DNA from: Lama guanicoe
Lineage: Eukaryota
DNA: 64,000 nt
Assembly: GCA_013239625.1 (NCBI GenBank)
Contig: MU054212.1
Span: 1,736,001-1,800,000, forward strand
Direction of reading: 5' to 3'
Shown: positions 37,711 to 49,300 of the stretch, one piece after another
Layout of the letters: each line of letters begins with the position of its first letter
Position numbering within the stretch: the stretch's first letter is position 1
Made by a program: the position numbers and the translations under genes
Notes under the pieces: generated by a model
The model's database searches: none
The model's input: the letters and a program-made list of their open reading frames with translations, nothing else
What the model was told of the DNA's origin: nothing

Positions 37711-39724
37711 CCTTCCTTTTACTTATACTGGGCTGTCCCAAGCTAAGCCAGAAAGGCCTGTGGCCCATGGGTTCTAGGACAAGGGCAATTGCAGCCTGTT
37801 TCTGTTGGTGACACATATGAGACTTAGAGGAAACTTGTGAAATTCCTTATGTACATTTTCCCACAGAGAGGAGGGGAAAGGTGGGAGAATCCCTTCTAAT
37901 GATAAGTGGCATTTGAGATGTCTCAACCAAGTATGATCCATGCGAGTTGGAAGGGATACCTTTTGGTTGGAGTCCTGAAGGGGGAATTGATTGCTTCAAG
38001 CATTCTAGTAAAGCCCTGGTTCTTTTTCAGGGACCATGTGGTGGAGTGAAAGGTATATATCTGAAGAACTGGAATCAATACAATTTGGTTGAAATCTTGC
38101 CTTTATCAGGCATGACCACCACTGAGTTATTTATCCAGACTCAATTTTCTTTCCAGCAAATTAGGAGTAGCGATATCAACCTTGCACAATAATTTTGAGG
38201 TATCAGTGAGTTAAGGTAGGCAGAGTCCCTGGTTCATTGTAGATGCTCATTTTCATAGGGGAAAATGAAAAATTTGATTTCATTTTCCCCTTTCCTACAT
38301 CAAAAGAGTATAATTGATCTGATGACACAGAAACACGTACGTTAAGTCAGTGATTTCTGTTTTAGATTTAGAGGTCGTCGTAGTAGAACACATCCAGTTT
38401 TCCCAACAGTGGAACAACCCTGCTCCATTTCAGATGGCTTTAACTGGAAAATGACTAATATTCCTTCCTGCCTCATTTTGAGTAGTGTGGTGGGAGGGGA
38501 GGGCCTCAGGGAGGTTGGCAGGAGAGTCCCAAGCTTCCCAAGCATACAGAGGGTTTTGCCAAGGCCATGCACACTATTATTAAGATTAACAGTTTTCACA
38601 TGGAGTCAGCCTTTTCAACTAACTCAAGTCAGACTGACTGGTAATGAAGTTCATGAGATGCCATTTCCTGCCAAACAGTAAGATGTGGAATTTGTTAAAT
38701 TAAGCCATGTGATGGGTCTGAAATGTATTAACTTAATCCATAATGAATGTCATTCCATCCCTTTTAACATGCTTCCCCAATTAAGCTATTTAGGCCTCAG
38801 ATATCTAAAGAAATTGAGCTGTCTTACTTGTCGCCAATTGGTTAATTCCTTGATGATGGATAAAAGCTACTAACTGCTTTTGTTTTTAAATCTATGTTTT
38901 CTTCAGTAATAGCAATCTTTTAATCAGCTGTTATGAAGAAAATGCTTAATACTCCATAAGCAAATGCCCAAGGAAATCAAACGATTAGGAAGATGAGTAC
39001 AAGGAGGCTCTGTTCAGCCTGCCTGAGCACTCCAACAGGACCCAGTGTGGCCACCATGACAGTCAGCGTGCCGCACGAAGAACACAGGGGTCGTTTTTCT
39101 TTTTAGCTCTATACTGGACACACAGTAGATGTACAGTGTTTATCAGGCTGAACTCAACTGAATTCTGGAGGACTCTTAAGGTTTCTGACAAGTGTCTCTC
39201 TATAAGACAAGCATTTCCAAATTTCAGGATGCCCTTCCCGTCCCTCAGGGCATGTGGTAGAAGTTCTCAATGGGAGTGATTTGCCTCTACTGAGCCCATA
39301 TCTATGGGGAGTGGGGACAACCCCTAGGTAGGCAAGCAACCTCCACATGTCAACCTCCACCTAAGACTACCCCAGACGTAGCCACCAAAGTGGGTATGAT
39401 GTGTAACTGATGGCCAAGTTTCCTGGACAATCACTGTGCATTTGTTCACAAGCACCTGGTGCAATCTTGCACTGTGCAGACTATTGACAGATAGTCAGGT
39501 GCAACATTTCAGTTTGTAAACCTCCCTTTAAATGATAGAGCATACCAATTTGGTGGGAGCCTTTAGACAAAAAGCTCCAGTGTGAAATCAATTCTCTGTG
39601 ATAAGGAAATAATATTTCTTTTGTTTTGTTATCTTTGGGGCCCACTTGATATTTCAAGACATGATATATCACCAAAGTGCTTTATTATAGAAGGAGCCTG
39701 GTGGGGACCTGTGGTGGTTTAGAT

Positions 39725-39950
39725 CAGGGTTTGACAGCTATATAGCCTGTCGGCCAAATCTGGCCTGCTATCTGTCTTTGTAAATAAAGTTTTATTGTAA
39801 CACAGTCATGCCTATTCATTTATGTATTGCCTATGGCTGCTTTTGGGTTACAATGACAGCGTTAAATGGTTATGACAGAGACCACATTATTTTACAAAGC
39901 CTAAAATATTTACTATCTGACCCTTGACAGACAAGATTTACTAACCTCTG
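39725..39950 (+). mobile_element. MER58A hAT-Charlie DNA transposon, full length
   Basis: caggg...ggccaaatctggcc...tttgtaaataaagttttattg...cattcatttat-like...tatggctgcttt...aaagcctaaaatatttactatctgaccc...cctctg, with CAG/CTG termini. Confidence 0.9.
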
Positions 39951-40039
39951 ATTTTGACTTTTCAAATATAGTCACTCTCTTCTTGTCTTATCTCTAGTAA
40001 GACTCTACTTTCACCCAGCCCATGAGGCTGGCTTATCAT

Positions 40040-40485
40040 ATCACAGTGGGCAGAGGCCATGGCTGTGCCCCTTGATTTGGGGTCACAGTAGAGCCAACTT
40101 GAGGTTTCTGTCCACTAGCTAGTCAGTTAAATATGAATCTAGGTGTAGCTGTGGATGGACTTTGCAGATGGAATTAAAATTACAGATCTTAAATGAAGGA
40201 AAGAACCCTAGATGATCCCGTGAGCCCAATTTTTACCACAAGAGCCCTTAAAAATGGAGAAATTTGTCTGACTGGAGTCTGTCCAGGAGATGTCGAAGAA
40301 GAGGAAGGCAGAAGAAATGCAGCCCAATGGGAGGTGGTAGACATTCAAAGTGTGAGGAGGACTGATGTGCCCCTACTGGCTTTGACCACGGAGGGAGAAA
40401 GCATGAGAAGGAATACAGGCAGCCTCTAGGAGCAAAGGTGGGCCCCTGCCTGACAGTCGGAAGAAAAACAAGGACCTCAGTCCTG
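40040..40485 (+). mobile_element. MLT1D/E-like MaLR LTR fragment
   Basis: ggactttgcagatggaattaa...acaagagcccttaaaa...ggaatacaggcagcctctaggagc...ctgacagtc...aaggacctcagtcct. Confidence 0.75.
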
Positions 40486-40659
40486 CCTGATGTCGTGATT
40501 CAGTGACATTTTTGAGGGTCTTGGGATGGAGTTCCTTCTACTAATAGCTACCTTAACTTTCGTTCGATCTTGCAACCTGTGTTGATCAATGGGATGTCAT
40601 CAGAAGTGTCACAAATGGAGAGTGAAATTTCCTTATGTGGTGATTCTTACTCTCATGTG

Positions 40660-40888
40660 CTTCTGAAATTGCTGTAAGAGAAAGCCCTGGCTAGCCCACT
40701 GACCCGAGGAAGTTGAAAGACATATAAAGCAGACTAGGACCCAAACTGAAGCTTGAAGCGAAGCCCAAGTGAGACCAGCTTGGATCAACCAACTTCCAGC
40801 TGATCCAGAGACACCTCAAGGTTGTTCTAATCCACTGGACTTTAGAGGGTGTGTTATAACATAACTATGGCAAAAGCTAATGATGCAG
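40660..40888 (+). mobile_element. MLT1K-like MaLR LTR 3' fragment
   Basis: gcagactaggacccaaactgaagcttgaagc...atccactggactttagagggtgtgttataacataactatggcaaaagctaatgatgca. Confidence 0.6.
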
Positions 40889-40984
40889 GGATATCCCTCC
40901 TTCTCCCAAGAATTCCGTCATGAACACCAGTGGCAAGTCCTATATTCCCTGTTCTTTTTAATATGCTTTCCAATTAGTCACGTA

Positions 40985-41190
40985 GCTGACAGACTTCTAC
41001 TTTGGGAGCCAGGAAACCTGGTTTTAAATACCAGCTCTGCCATATTATACTGGTTATATGATCTGCAGCCCATAAACTAATACTCTTTGAGTCTCAATTA
41101 CCTCACCTATGAAATAATGATAATTATCCGAACTAATGGAGTTTTGTAAGGATGAAGTGAGATAGCAGATTTGAGGAAACAGTGTGCTGC
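40985..41190 (+). mobile_element. MIR SINE
   Basis: gggagccaggaaacctggttttaaataccagctctgcc...gagtctcaattacctcacctatgaaataatgataat...gtaaggatgaagtgagata. Confidence 0.8.
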
Positions 41191-44100
41191 CTGACATAAG
41201 GCAGGGTCTGAATATGGGTTGAGCCTAAATAATTAAAATGGGCTACTGGATGACTTCCAAGGTTCTTTCTAGGCCAATGGTGCTGAGAGACTCCTGGTCT
41301 CCAACACAGTACCTACTCACTGTTGCTTATTTAATGATGGCAAACATTTTTATTTCACTACTTGAGGCACTCCTCACAGTGGAAACATTCCTGGAAGGGT
41401 TAACACATTGGGACTCTCTTGTGAATGACTAACATCAGAGCACATTTTAATAGATCTCCAGGGGAGAGGCACAAAGCATTTCAGCTTATGATTGGGTTCC
41501 TAGTGCATATAAAGTGTGGGGAAATGAGAGAGCTCACGTCCAGTTAGTTCACAGCCAAGCAACATTTGTGTGGTGGCTGTAGTCCTAGAGAAAGACATCC
41601 AAAGACTATCTGTGTATGACAGAAAAAGGACTATAACCACTTTGCAAAAAACAGTGTAATTGAAGCACGTGTGCAAAAACAGTAACAAAAAATTGGCCCA
41701 ATTTATTGAAATTCAGTTTTGAACCCTATTGTATGTTTCTAAGTACAGTAAAAATCTTTATATACCAAAATCAGAGCTTGAGATTTCTATCTTAGGAAGT
41801 TTTTTAATCTTTTAATTCAAACTTGACTGTTGATGAACATATACAATACATAAATTTGGTTTCTTGTAGGAAACGGAAATGAGTAGACTTATTTTTATTG
41901 TTATTTGAGACTTCTGGATGCTGCTTAGTCTCTGGGCCTTCAGTGCAAATGGGAAATTTCATAGTATAAGACTGAGGCCACGGCAGGTATCAGAAGTTGA
42001 AACAAATGCCTCCTAGTTACATAACTGCCCCGAAAAGGAACTTTTTGATTAAGCCCCCGAAAGCAGCTCATTTTGCTATGACTCTTTCCCCCAAAGTGTG
42101 AGATAAATAGAAACAAACCATAACAAATAAAAACATGGTTCAGGTTATTTTAAGATAACCTGAGATTATCTTATTTTTTATTTTAAGGTTATTTATATTT
42201 TAGGGTTCAGTTGGGTTTCAGTTAATGGCAGTTATGCTGTATTTCCTCACAATGCCATTTTCCTTACCATAACTCTGTAGATTACCAGAGTGGACTATTT
42301 CATGCACAATTTATTGCAGAGACAGGCAGTATTTATCAGTGCCTTCATGGCAAAGAAGAATCATCTGCTTGAAGGCCATCACTCACCCTGCTGTCAGCAG
42401 AGTGGATGAGCTGCATAATCAGAGAAAAGAAAAGAGAACCCCTGCAAATGCCGAATCAGTGAGAAGTTCATTAATTTGAGAATTAGGAGACTTTTAAAAA
42501 TGGCGGGGAGGAATATCCAACCTTTGAGTGGAGAATCCTAGATAAGATACAGTCCATGCCTTGCCTCATCCATCATTGTTTAGAATAAGCTTGCACGCGC
42601 TTGACCTTAACCGTCACTCTTTTTGTCGAGCCTGGGTGTCAACACAAAAGAAATTGGTTCATGGATGAGAGTACTGAGTGTGCATCTGATCACACTTCTT
42701 TCAGGCGTTTACCTTCTCACAGTAAGGGATCAATTAAAACCAAAGGGAGCAGATTTCTCTGGATATCTGGGTCGTCAACGGGGAATGCTATGGTTTGGGC
42801 AGAGAAGCATTTAACTGGAGAAGAGAGGCGCTCCTGGCCCGAGCACAAACAGGCCAGGCATGTATGTCATAAGCTGCGGGATGTAAACACATTCAGCACT
42901 GGACACAAAAGGACAAGGACACAAGAGACCGTCTGTCATGTCATTACCTGAATATCTAGCTGTATTATTTATAAACCAACTCGCAGCAGATGTTGTCTTT
43001 TTTAACACAAATTCTCCTTCCCGGCCATTATGTACGAGGCCTAATTGTAAATGCCTATATTGTTTCTTTCCCCGACTGATTTATTGTTCTATAGACATCT
43101 ACATGGGAACGCAGTGTGGAACTGTGCTGTTTTCTCTATTAATTATTTTCACTCTTTGATTACTAATTTTGGAAGACAAACTTCTCACTGTTGACCTCCT
43201 CGGGAGTGGATTGCTTTACAACGAGGCTGTATTAGGGAAATGAGTCCCCAGTGAAAGCAGAAGGGCATGAAAACCTTGTGTCTTATTTACATTAACCCAG
43301 ACACAAGTTTCCTTGTCCCTTCCCTCTTAAGTATTTATCTGCTCGTCAAAGGAAAAGTCATAAATCCAGGAACGGTGATTCTTCTGGAGTTCTGTGCAAT
43401 TCTGGAGCTGTTGGATTAAAATCAAAGTCTACAAAAATTACTCATTACAGACAATAAGACACTCTGTCGATCCTGTACCGAGGATACAAAACCACCAACC
43501 ACCACACCAGGCACATAATAGGTACTCCTTGTGTACATGTGTCCTTAAAATTTAGAGTCAGACATGGCTTCTGAAGTAAGCTTTCAAGATATAATGAGTT
43601 AAAATTTGGAGGAGAGGTTGGAATTCTTTTCCAGAGACAATTTTGAAAGTTTTTGTTGTGCCATGGGATTTAGTTGGTCCCCTTTGACCAAATGCTGATC
43701 TGTACATGGGGTTTCCCACCCACCTGCCCACTGGGGGAGAACCCAACCCCTGGGGAGCACTCAGGGGAGCTGACCCTCTCCACTCCCTCCTCTCATGTCC
43801 ACTCAACAAGAGGGTGCACGCCGTACAACCTGGGCTGAAAGGCAGCAGCCAGTGGCTGCTGCGGCCGTTGTCCTGAGCCAGTGGGGAGATAGGGATGAAG
43901 TTGATGGGGGAGTATTTGTTGCCTGTTTCCCACGCTGCTGGTCTCTGCCTGGGCCTCACATGTTCCTGAGGAATCCCAGCTGAACTTGGCAGAAGTGTGA
44001 ATACAGACGTGGGAAGATCGGGACAGAATGACCACCTACCTCAAGTCTCTATCCTGTGCAGCGATCACTGCTACCCTCTATCCCTTAAATGAGCACCCAG

Positions 44101-46254
44101 CTTCTCAGGGGTGCCTCCCAAGGATGGCAAACACACTCCCCCCTGAATTAGCTACTCGTTCTATTCTGTGAGAGCTCTGACAGTTAGGGAGTACTTCACT
44201 GTGCCAAGGCTCTGTCCAGAGGAGGTTCTGTACTTTCACCACTCTGTTCCATCTGCTTTCTGGAACCACGCAGAGGGAGCATAACCTCACCTCGATGTGA
44301 CAGTTCTCTTGAATTACTTGATGAGAATGTACAGGTCGATAGGGCCATATTTCATCCCTAAGCACAGGGGAGATGGTCACGTTCTGCCCACTGTGCTTCG
44401 TCTCTCTCAGTTTTGTTAAAGGTGGGCAGGTCCTCCCATCCTGGGGTAGATTGAGCAGGCAAGCCTGGCTGGGGCAGGCAGGGCAGTCCACCACCTGGAG
44501 GGAAGATGAAGAGCAGGTAGAAAGTATGGAACTCGTCTTAGAGTTCCAGTGAACGGGTCATCCTGATGCTTAGATTCCCCTGAAGATGTTATTTATTCCA
44601 CGCCAGTGGAATCACTTCACTTCAGGCCCTAATGATCTGGCCTTGTAGGCCTGCTTCAGTTCTCAGGGCACCACCTGCTTACAAGGCTCAGAGGCTTTGT
44701 GCGCCTAAGATCTGGTGGCCTCTCTCCATTTGTTGTCAACTTCTCACCCGCCCTTTAGAGGGGGGATATAGGAATGAGAGATACTCTCAGTGCCCCAACA
44801 CTGGAAGACACTGTCACTGTCATTATAAATAGGGCTGGTCTATTATTCAAGGCTTGTTTTTATGATGAAATGTACCATCCACCCTGTATGTTCTCCCTCT
44901 CCCTCTCTCTCTCTCTCAATCTCTCTCTGTGTCTTGAGCTTTCCTCTCAAGAATACAGGCAAATACAGCACTGGCTGATGTGTGGCTATGATGACGGGAG
45001 ATAAAAGGATCTAGATTGTGTTACCAATGACTAAACCCTAGGATTGGAACCAGTGTAATGGACAGGTGGGGTAAGCGTAGGCTTATGCAAAACAGACAGG
45101 CTTACCCGAAGGCTAAGGAGAACCCAGTTCGCTAAACAGTATAGCAAGAAGAGCTTGAGGGTGACGGCTGTGCTGTGCCGGGCACGTGCTCAGTATCTCC
45201 CAGTAAGGTTAGATGTTCTGGTCACGGCGTTGGGGGCCCGGGCAGAGACTGCCTCCCTCACAGAGAGGCAGACCCTACATCACTGTTCCAGGACTTAGAG
45301 TTTGGGGTCCCTGCTTGCCAGGCTGTTGGGATAGGGATAAGGGGGTTCTCAGGGAAATTCTGGCACTGGGGGAGCAGAGGGAAAGAGAAGGGGTTGGGTG
45401 GGGGAGTCCTCTCAGCCAAAACCTACTGCAGTTGATCAGCCAGCCTCTGAATAGCAGCTTTTGACATCTCAGTGGGTTGTAAGGGAGGTGTGGTCATCAC
45501 AAATGAAACAGACCACAGGGGGTGGAGGAGACCTCTGCAGGGCCCCTAATCAATTACTAAAAACACAGAGAGGGTCCAGGGAAAATGAGTGGAGGAGACA
45601 GATGCATGCTGACGCTCAGTGGTATCGCTGGGCACCAAAGGAGAAGTTGGGGGATTTTCAGCTTCGCAGAGGACAGGGGTGATTGTTTCCTTTCATCAGT
45701 CGTTGGCCTCAGAAAACAAAACAGACACCAGAAAACATTGCCTATGGAAAAAATACATATAGAGGCTGAAAAGGATGACGCAGGAGGAATGGAATTCTGC
45801 TTTTATGAAATAATTTCAATAGTCTTGAATGCCCAGAGGGCCTAGGCACTAGATTATGTGTTACAGAGAGGTTGGTATCTCCCAAAGGGGATATGAAGTG
45901 GGAGATGAATATTATTAATCATCCGTATTTGCTCCATGTTAGGGAACCGAGGTAAAGTGAAAATGAGTGATTCTACCTCCTGACTCGCATGCTGTGGCAG
46001 CCACAGAACTGGGATTGACAGACAAAAGCTAGATGTCTGCAAAGCAGGCTTCCGGGGGTCAGGCTGTTGAATGTAGCAATGCCCACATGGCAAAGACTGG
46101 TCACTTCCCTGAAGACCCCTGCATTATGGCTGGGGATGCCCATCCTGGGTCGTGTCCACAGGCAGTTGGTCAGCTTGGCCCAGGTTGGCTCCAGTTCACT
46201 TAGAGTGACCCTAAGGGACTGGACTGATACTGAACCTCATTGATCAAACTGAGG

Positions 46255-46370
46255 TTACAGAGAATAGACTACAATACCAGATTCATTTGGACAGGAATTG
46301 TCTATTTAGTTCACTTTTGTATCCCTAGGACCTGGACCAATGCCTGGGGCTTGATCCATATTTGTGAGAT
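46255..46370 (+). mobile_element. LINE L2 3' fragment
   Basis: ggacaggaattgtctatttagttcacttttgtatccctaggacctggaccaatgcctgg. Confidence 0.65.
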
Positions 46371-49300
46371 CATATTGACTACTTTCTTGGGGCTGGGCAG
46401 TGACAGGCACCAGGATTGGAATGATGATTAAGTCAGCCATTCCCAAAGTGGTCTTTGGGCGTTCTGAAGGGATGGGGAGAAGGCAGTTCTTGGACCTAAT
46501 GAGCACGAGAGATGCTAAGTTTAGCTTTATGTTGTAAGGATATCTCATAGCCTTTAATACATGAATATAGTTTGTGAATTTTCCAGGCAGGGATGGATCT
46601 GCATCATTTTCCAAGTATAATTGTTGGGGAAAATCCCCTCCCCTCCCTACATTCACCTTCAGAGTGTATGTTGCTAGCTATGTTTGTTTCTTGGAAAAAA
46701 CCTATTTCCTGCTCTCAAACGGGTCACAATCTCTTGGTGGCCACTTCTATCCGAGGTCTACCAAGCAACAACTAGGTCTTCCATGCTCATTGGTCTTAGA
46801 GATGACTAGGATCACTATAAAACTATGGCTGCCAATTAATGTACCCCAAGGCATTTTTGCCCACTCTGGACCCTAAACACTTACTGCTTGGTACCTCATC
46901 AGTCTCCAGCTGCAGCCATTGGATTCCCTCTGCTGGGCAACTGGGACACATGGTAGAAGCCCTGATCTCCCCAGAGGGAGTCAGCTCTCGCTCTTAGCAC
47001 GAGCTCACGACCTAATATTTAAAGTTGAGTTCAAGTCAGACACCTTGAAGCCAATTCTGTTCTCGGTAATTCTGACCCAGTAACACAGAGTCTAAATCCT
47101 GCCACCAAGCCTGTCACAGACGCTGAAATGAGTAACAAAGAAAACAAATCTTTCAACCCCACATCCAGAATGTGCCTTCCTCAGATGGAGCCCAGAATTG
47201 TCAACGTTTGGCGCTCAGAGTCCCCACACTTCAGCCGCCGGCTCACATGTAGGGGGCTGTCTGTCCTCCGGGGCAGTGGGCTCTACCCTTGCTGCTGTCC
47301 GAATAAATCACCAGTGCCCTTACTGAAGGGAGTTAATTGCATTTGGAAATACTCCAGGTACCGAAGTTTGGTCAAAGACGTGAGCAAGGGTAGGGTAACA
47401 GGCACCCACTTTCACAAAACACTCGTTAAGAATTTCGGGGCCCACGTTACCTAATTTATAACAGATCCCACACACACTCCTCCCCGCCTTCCTTCCCTGG
47501 CAAAGAATGTGAGAGGAACCGTGGCAGTATTTTTCTTTTAGGTATAACAGTCTGTCAGTATCAAATTCTCTCAGTCAGTGGGGAGCAAATAGTGTTGATT
47601 TACTGAAAATCTGGGATTATGTCTGCTCTGCGGTGAGCGTAGATTTAAGAGAGGAGAGGTAAGGGGTCTCTGAAAGGTGAAGAAAAACACAAATGAAAGC
47701 TAGCAAGGAAAAAATAGCTTGACAGTTAAGATACAGTGCAGCCACCGTCCACATCTTCTGGAAAGAAAAGCCCAGAAATGGACGCACACACATACACAGG
47801 ACCGTGGATGGACACCTGCTTCAATCCCGCAGACTGGAAGGTTCTCAACCTTTCCAATTAACCCCTGTCTCCTAGGGGCATCATGGGCGTGTCAATGGAG
47901 CTCCCATACTATCATGTTTCACGCTGCAGAGAAATTGTGACAACAGACTCAAAGTTTTGTTTTGGTTTTGAAGAACAGGCTTTTAAAAAGGACTTGTGAG
48001 GAGTGAAAGGGAATTCTTTCCTTCCAGGGCCTTCTGACACTTGACTACATTCCTGGACCTTTTTGTCACCAACATTTCATTATCCTGGTCATATCCCTAG
48101 TCTCCTGCTGCTTTTCCCCTTTGCCTCAAAATAACTGTCACCCTGTGTGTTATTTTGCCCTTCTGGTATTTTCTAGAAGCCCCTCAGGGTTCCTGTTTTT
48201 CCCTTATGCTTTTACTCTTCTTCCTTAAGAGGATTAAGATCCTGTTTTGAGAGGGCATTCGATAACTAAATAGATTTAAAATGGGAAGAGGGAAAAAAAC
48301 CCCAAGCAACCTCACGACAGTACCTACGAGCTTTTGAGAAGGGATTCTGACACCTTTCCTTTCTCTGGGATAGCGCTACAGGTAAAGGCTGGCAAGGACA
48401 GGGTGGTCTAAGTGGTGGCGAGTGGCCAAGGTGAGCGCTATTGGTGATATCACCCCGTACCCCTCCCTGCCCCCCACCAGCCCCACTTCCAGACGGCTGG
48501 CAAGTGAGCAGTGACTGTGACCGTTGTGGGTCCTGGCAGTGTCACGGTGGGTCAACCACTCTGGAAGAATCTGATGAGAAGGCAGGGGCAGAGCCCGCAG
48601 CTGGCAGCTGGAAGGGGTTAAATGTGGTATTTGTGATGGTCCCTGGTAGCTACAGAGGAGACAGACGTCAGAGATAGGAGGGAAGTGCCTTCAGTGACCC
48701 CATCGCTGTGGCCACCAAAAGACTTGAGCACTGCTACGTGTCTCAGAGTTAGAAAAGCAAAAGAGGAGGAAGAAGAAAAAGAAGAGGAGGAAAGAGGGGG
48801 AAAACAAAAGTAAAGAAGATGCCACTAGCCTTAAGTCATTCTGGACAAGAGCCCAGAGCTACCCACCTGTGAAAGAAATGCCATTTGTGTCTCTTTATTT
48901 TTTCAATCATGAATCCGTAATCTCTCTATTTGGGATTCCCATGTTATTTTGCTAAGTGGACTCTGAGTTTGTGATTCTCCAAAACATGCCCCAAGATTAG
49001 GAGGAAGGCCGTCTGTGAGGAAGTGTGGATTCTGCTGCTGGGGCCCCCAAGACCAGCCGATGGATTGGGTGGGAGCTTATCCGGAAGAACCTTGGGTTAC
49101 AGCTCATGTCCTGGAGTGATTATTAGTAACACCCACTTTCACTCTTGAAAGTGTCCTGATTTTAATGATAAATTAGGTGGCCAGCCTACATATAGGCAAA
49201 TTGTGGGCCTCTTTTATGGATATCAAACACCACCCTCTGCTGAGAATAAAAACTACCTGAAAAGAGTTAAGAGCAAAATGAAACCCCAAGGCAAAGAATT

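Noticed and set aside
38257..38300. Rho-independent terminator
   Set aside because: Mammalian DNA with no upstream gene; reported only as an inverted repeat.
47100..48720. CpG island / promoter
   Set aside because: Only mild CpG enrichment by eye, with no dense CpG cluster or GC-box array.
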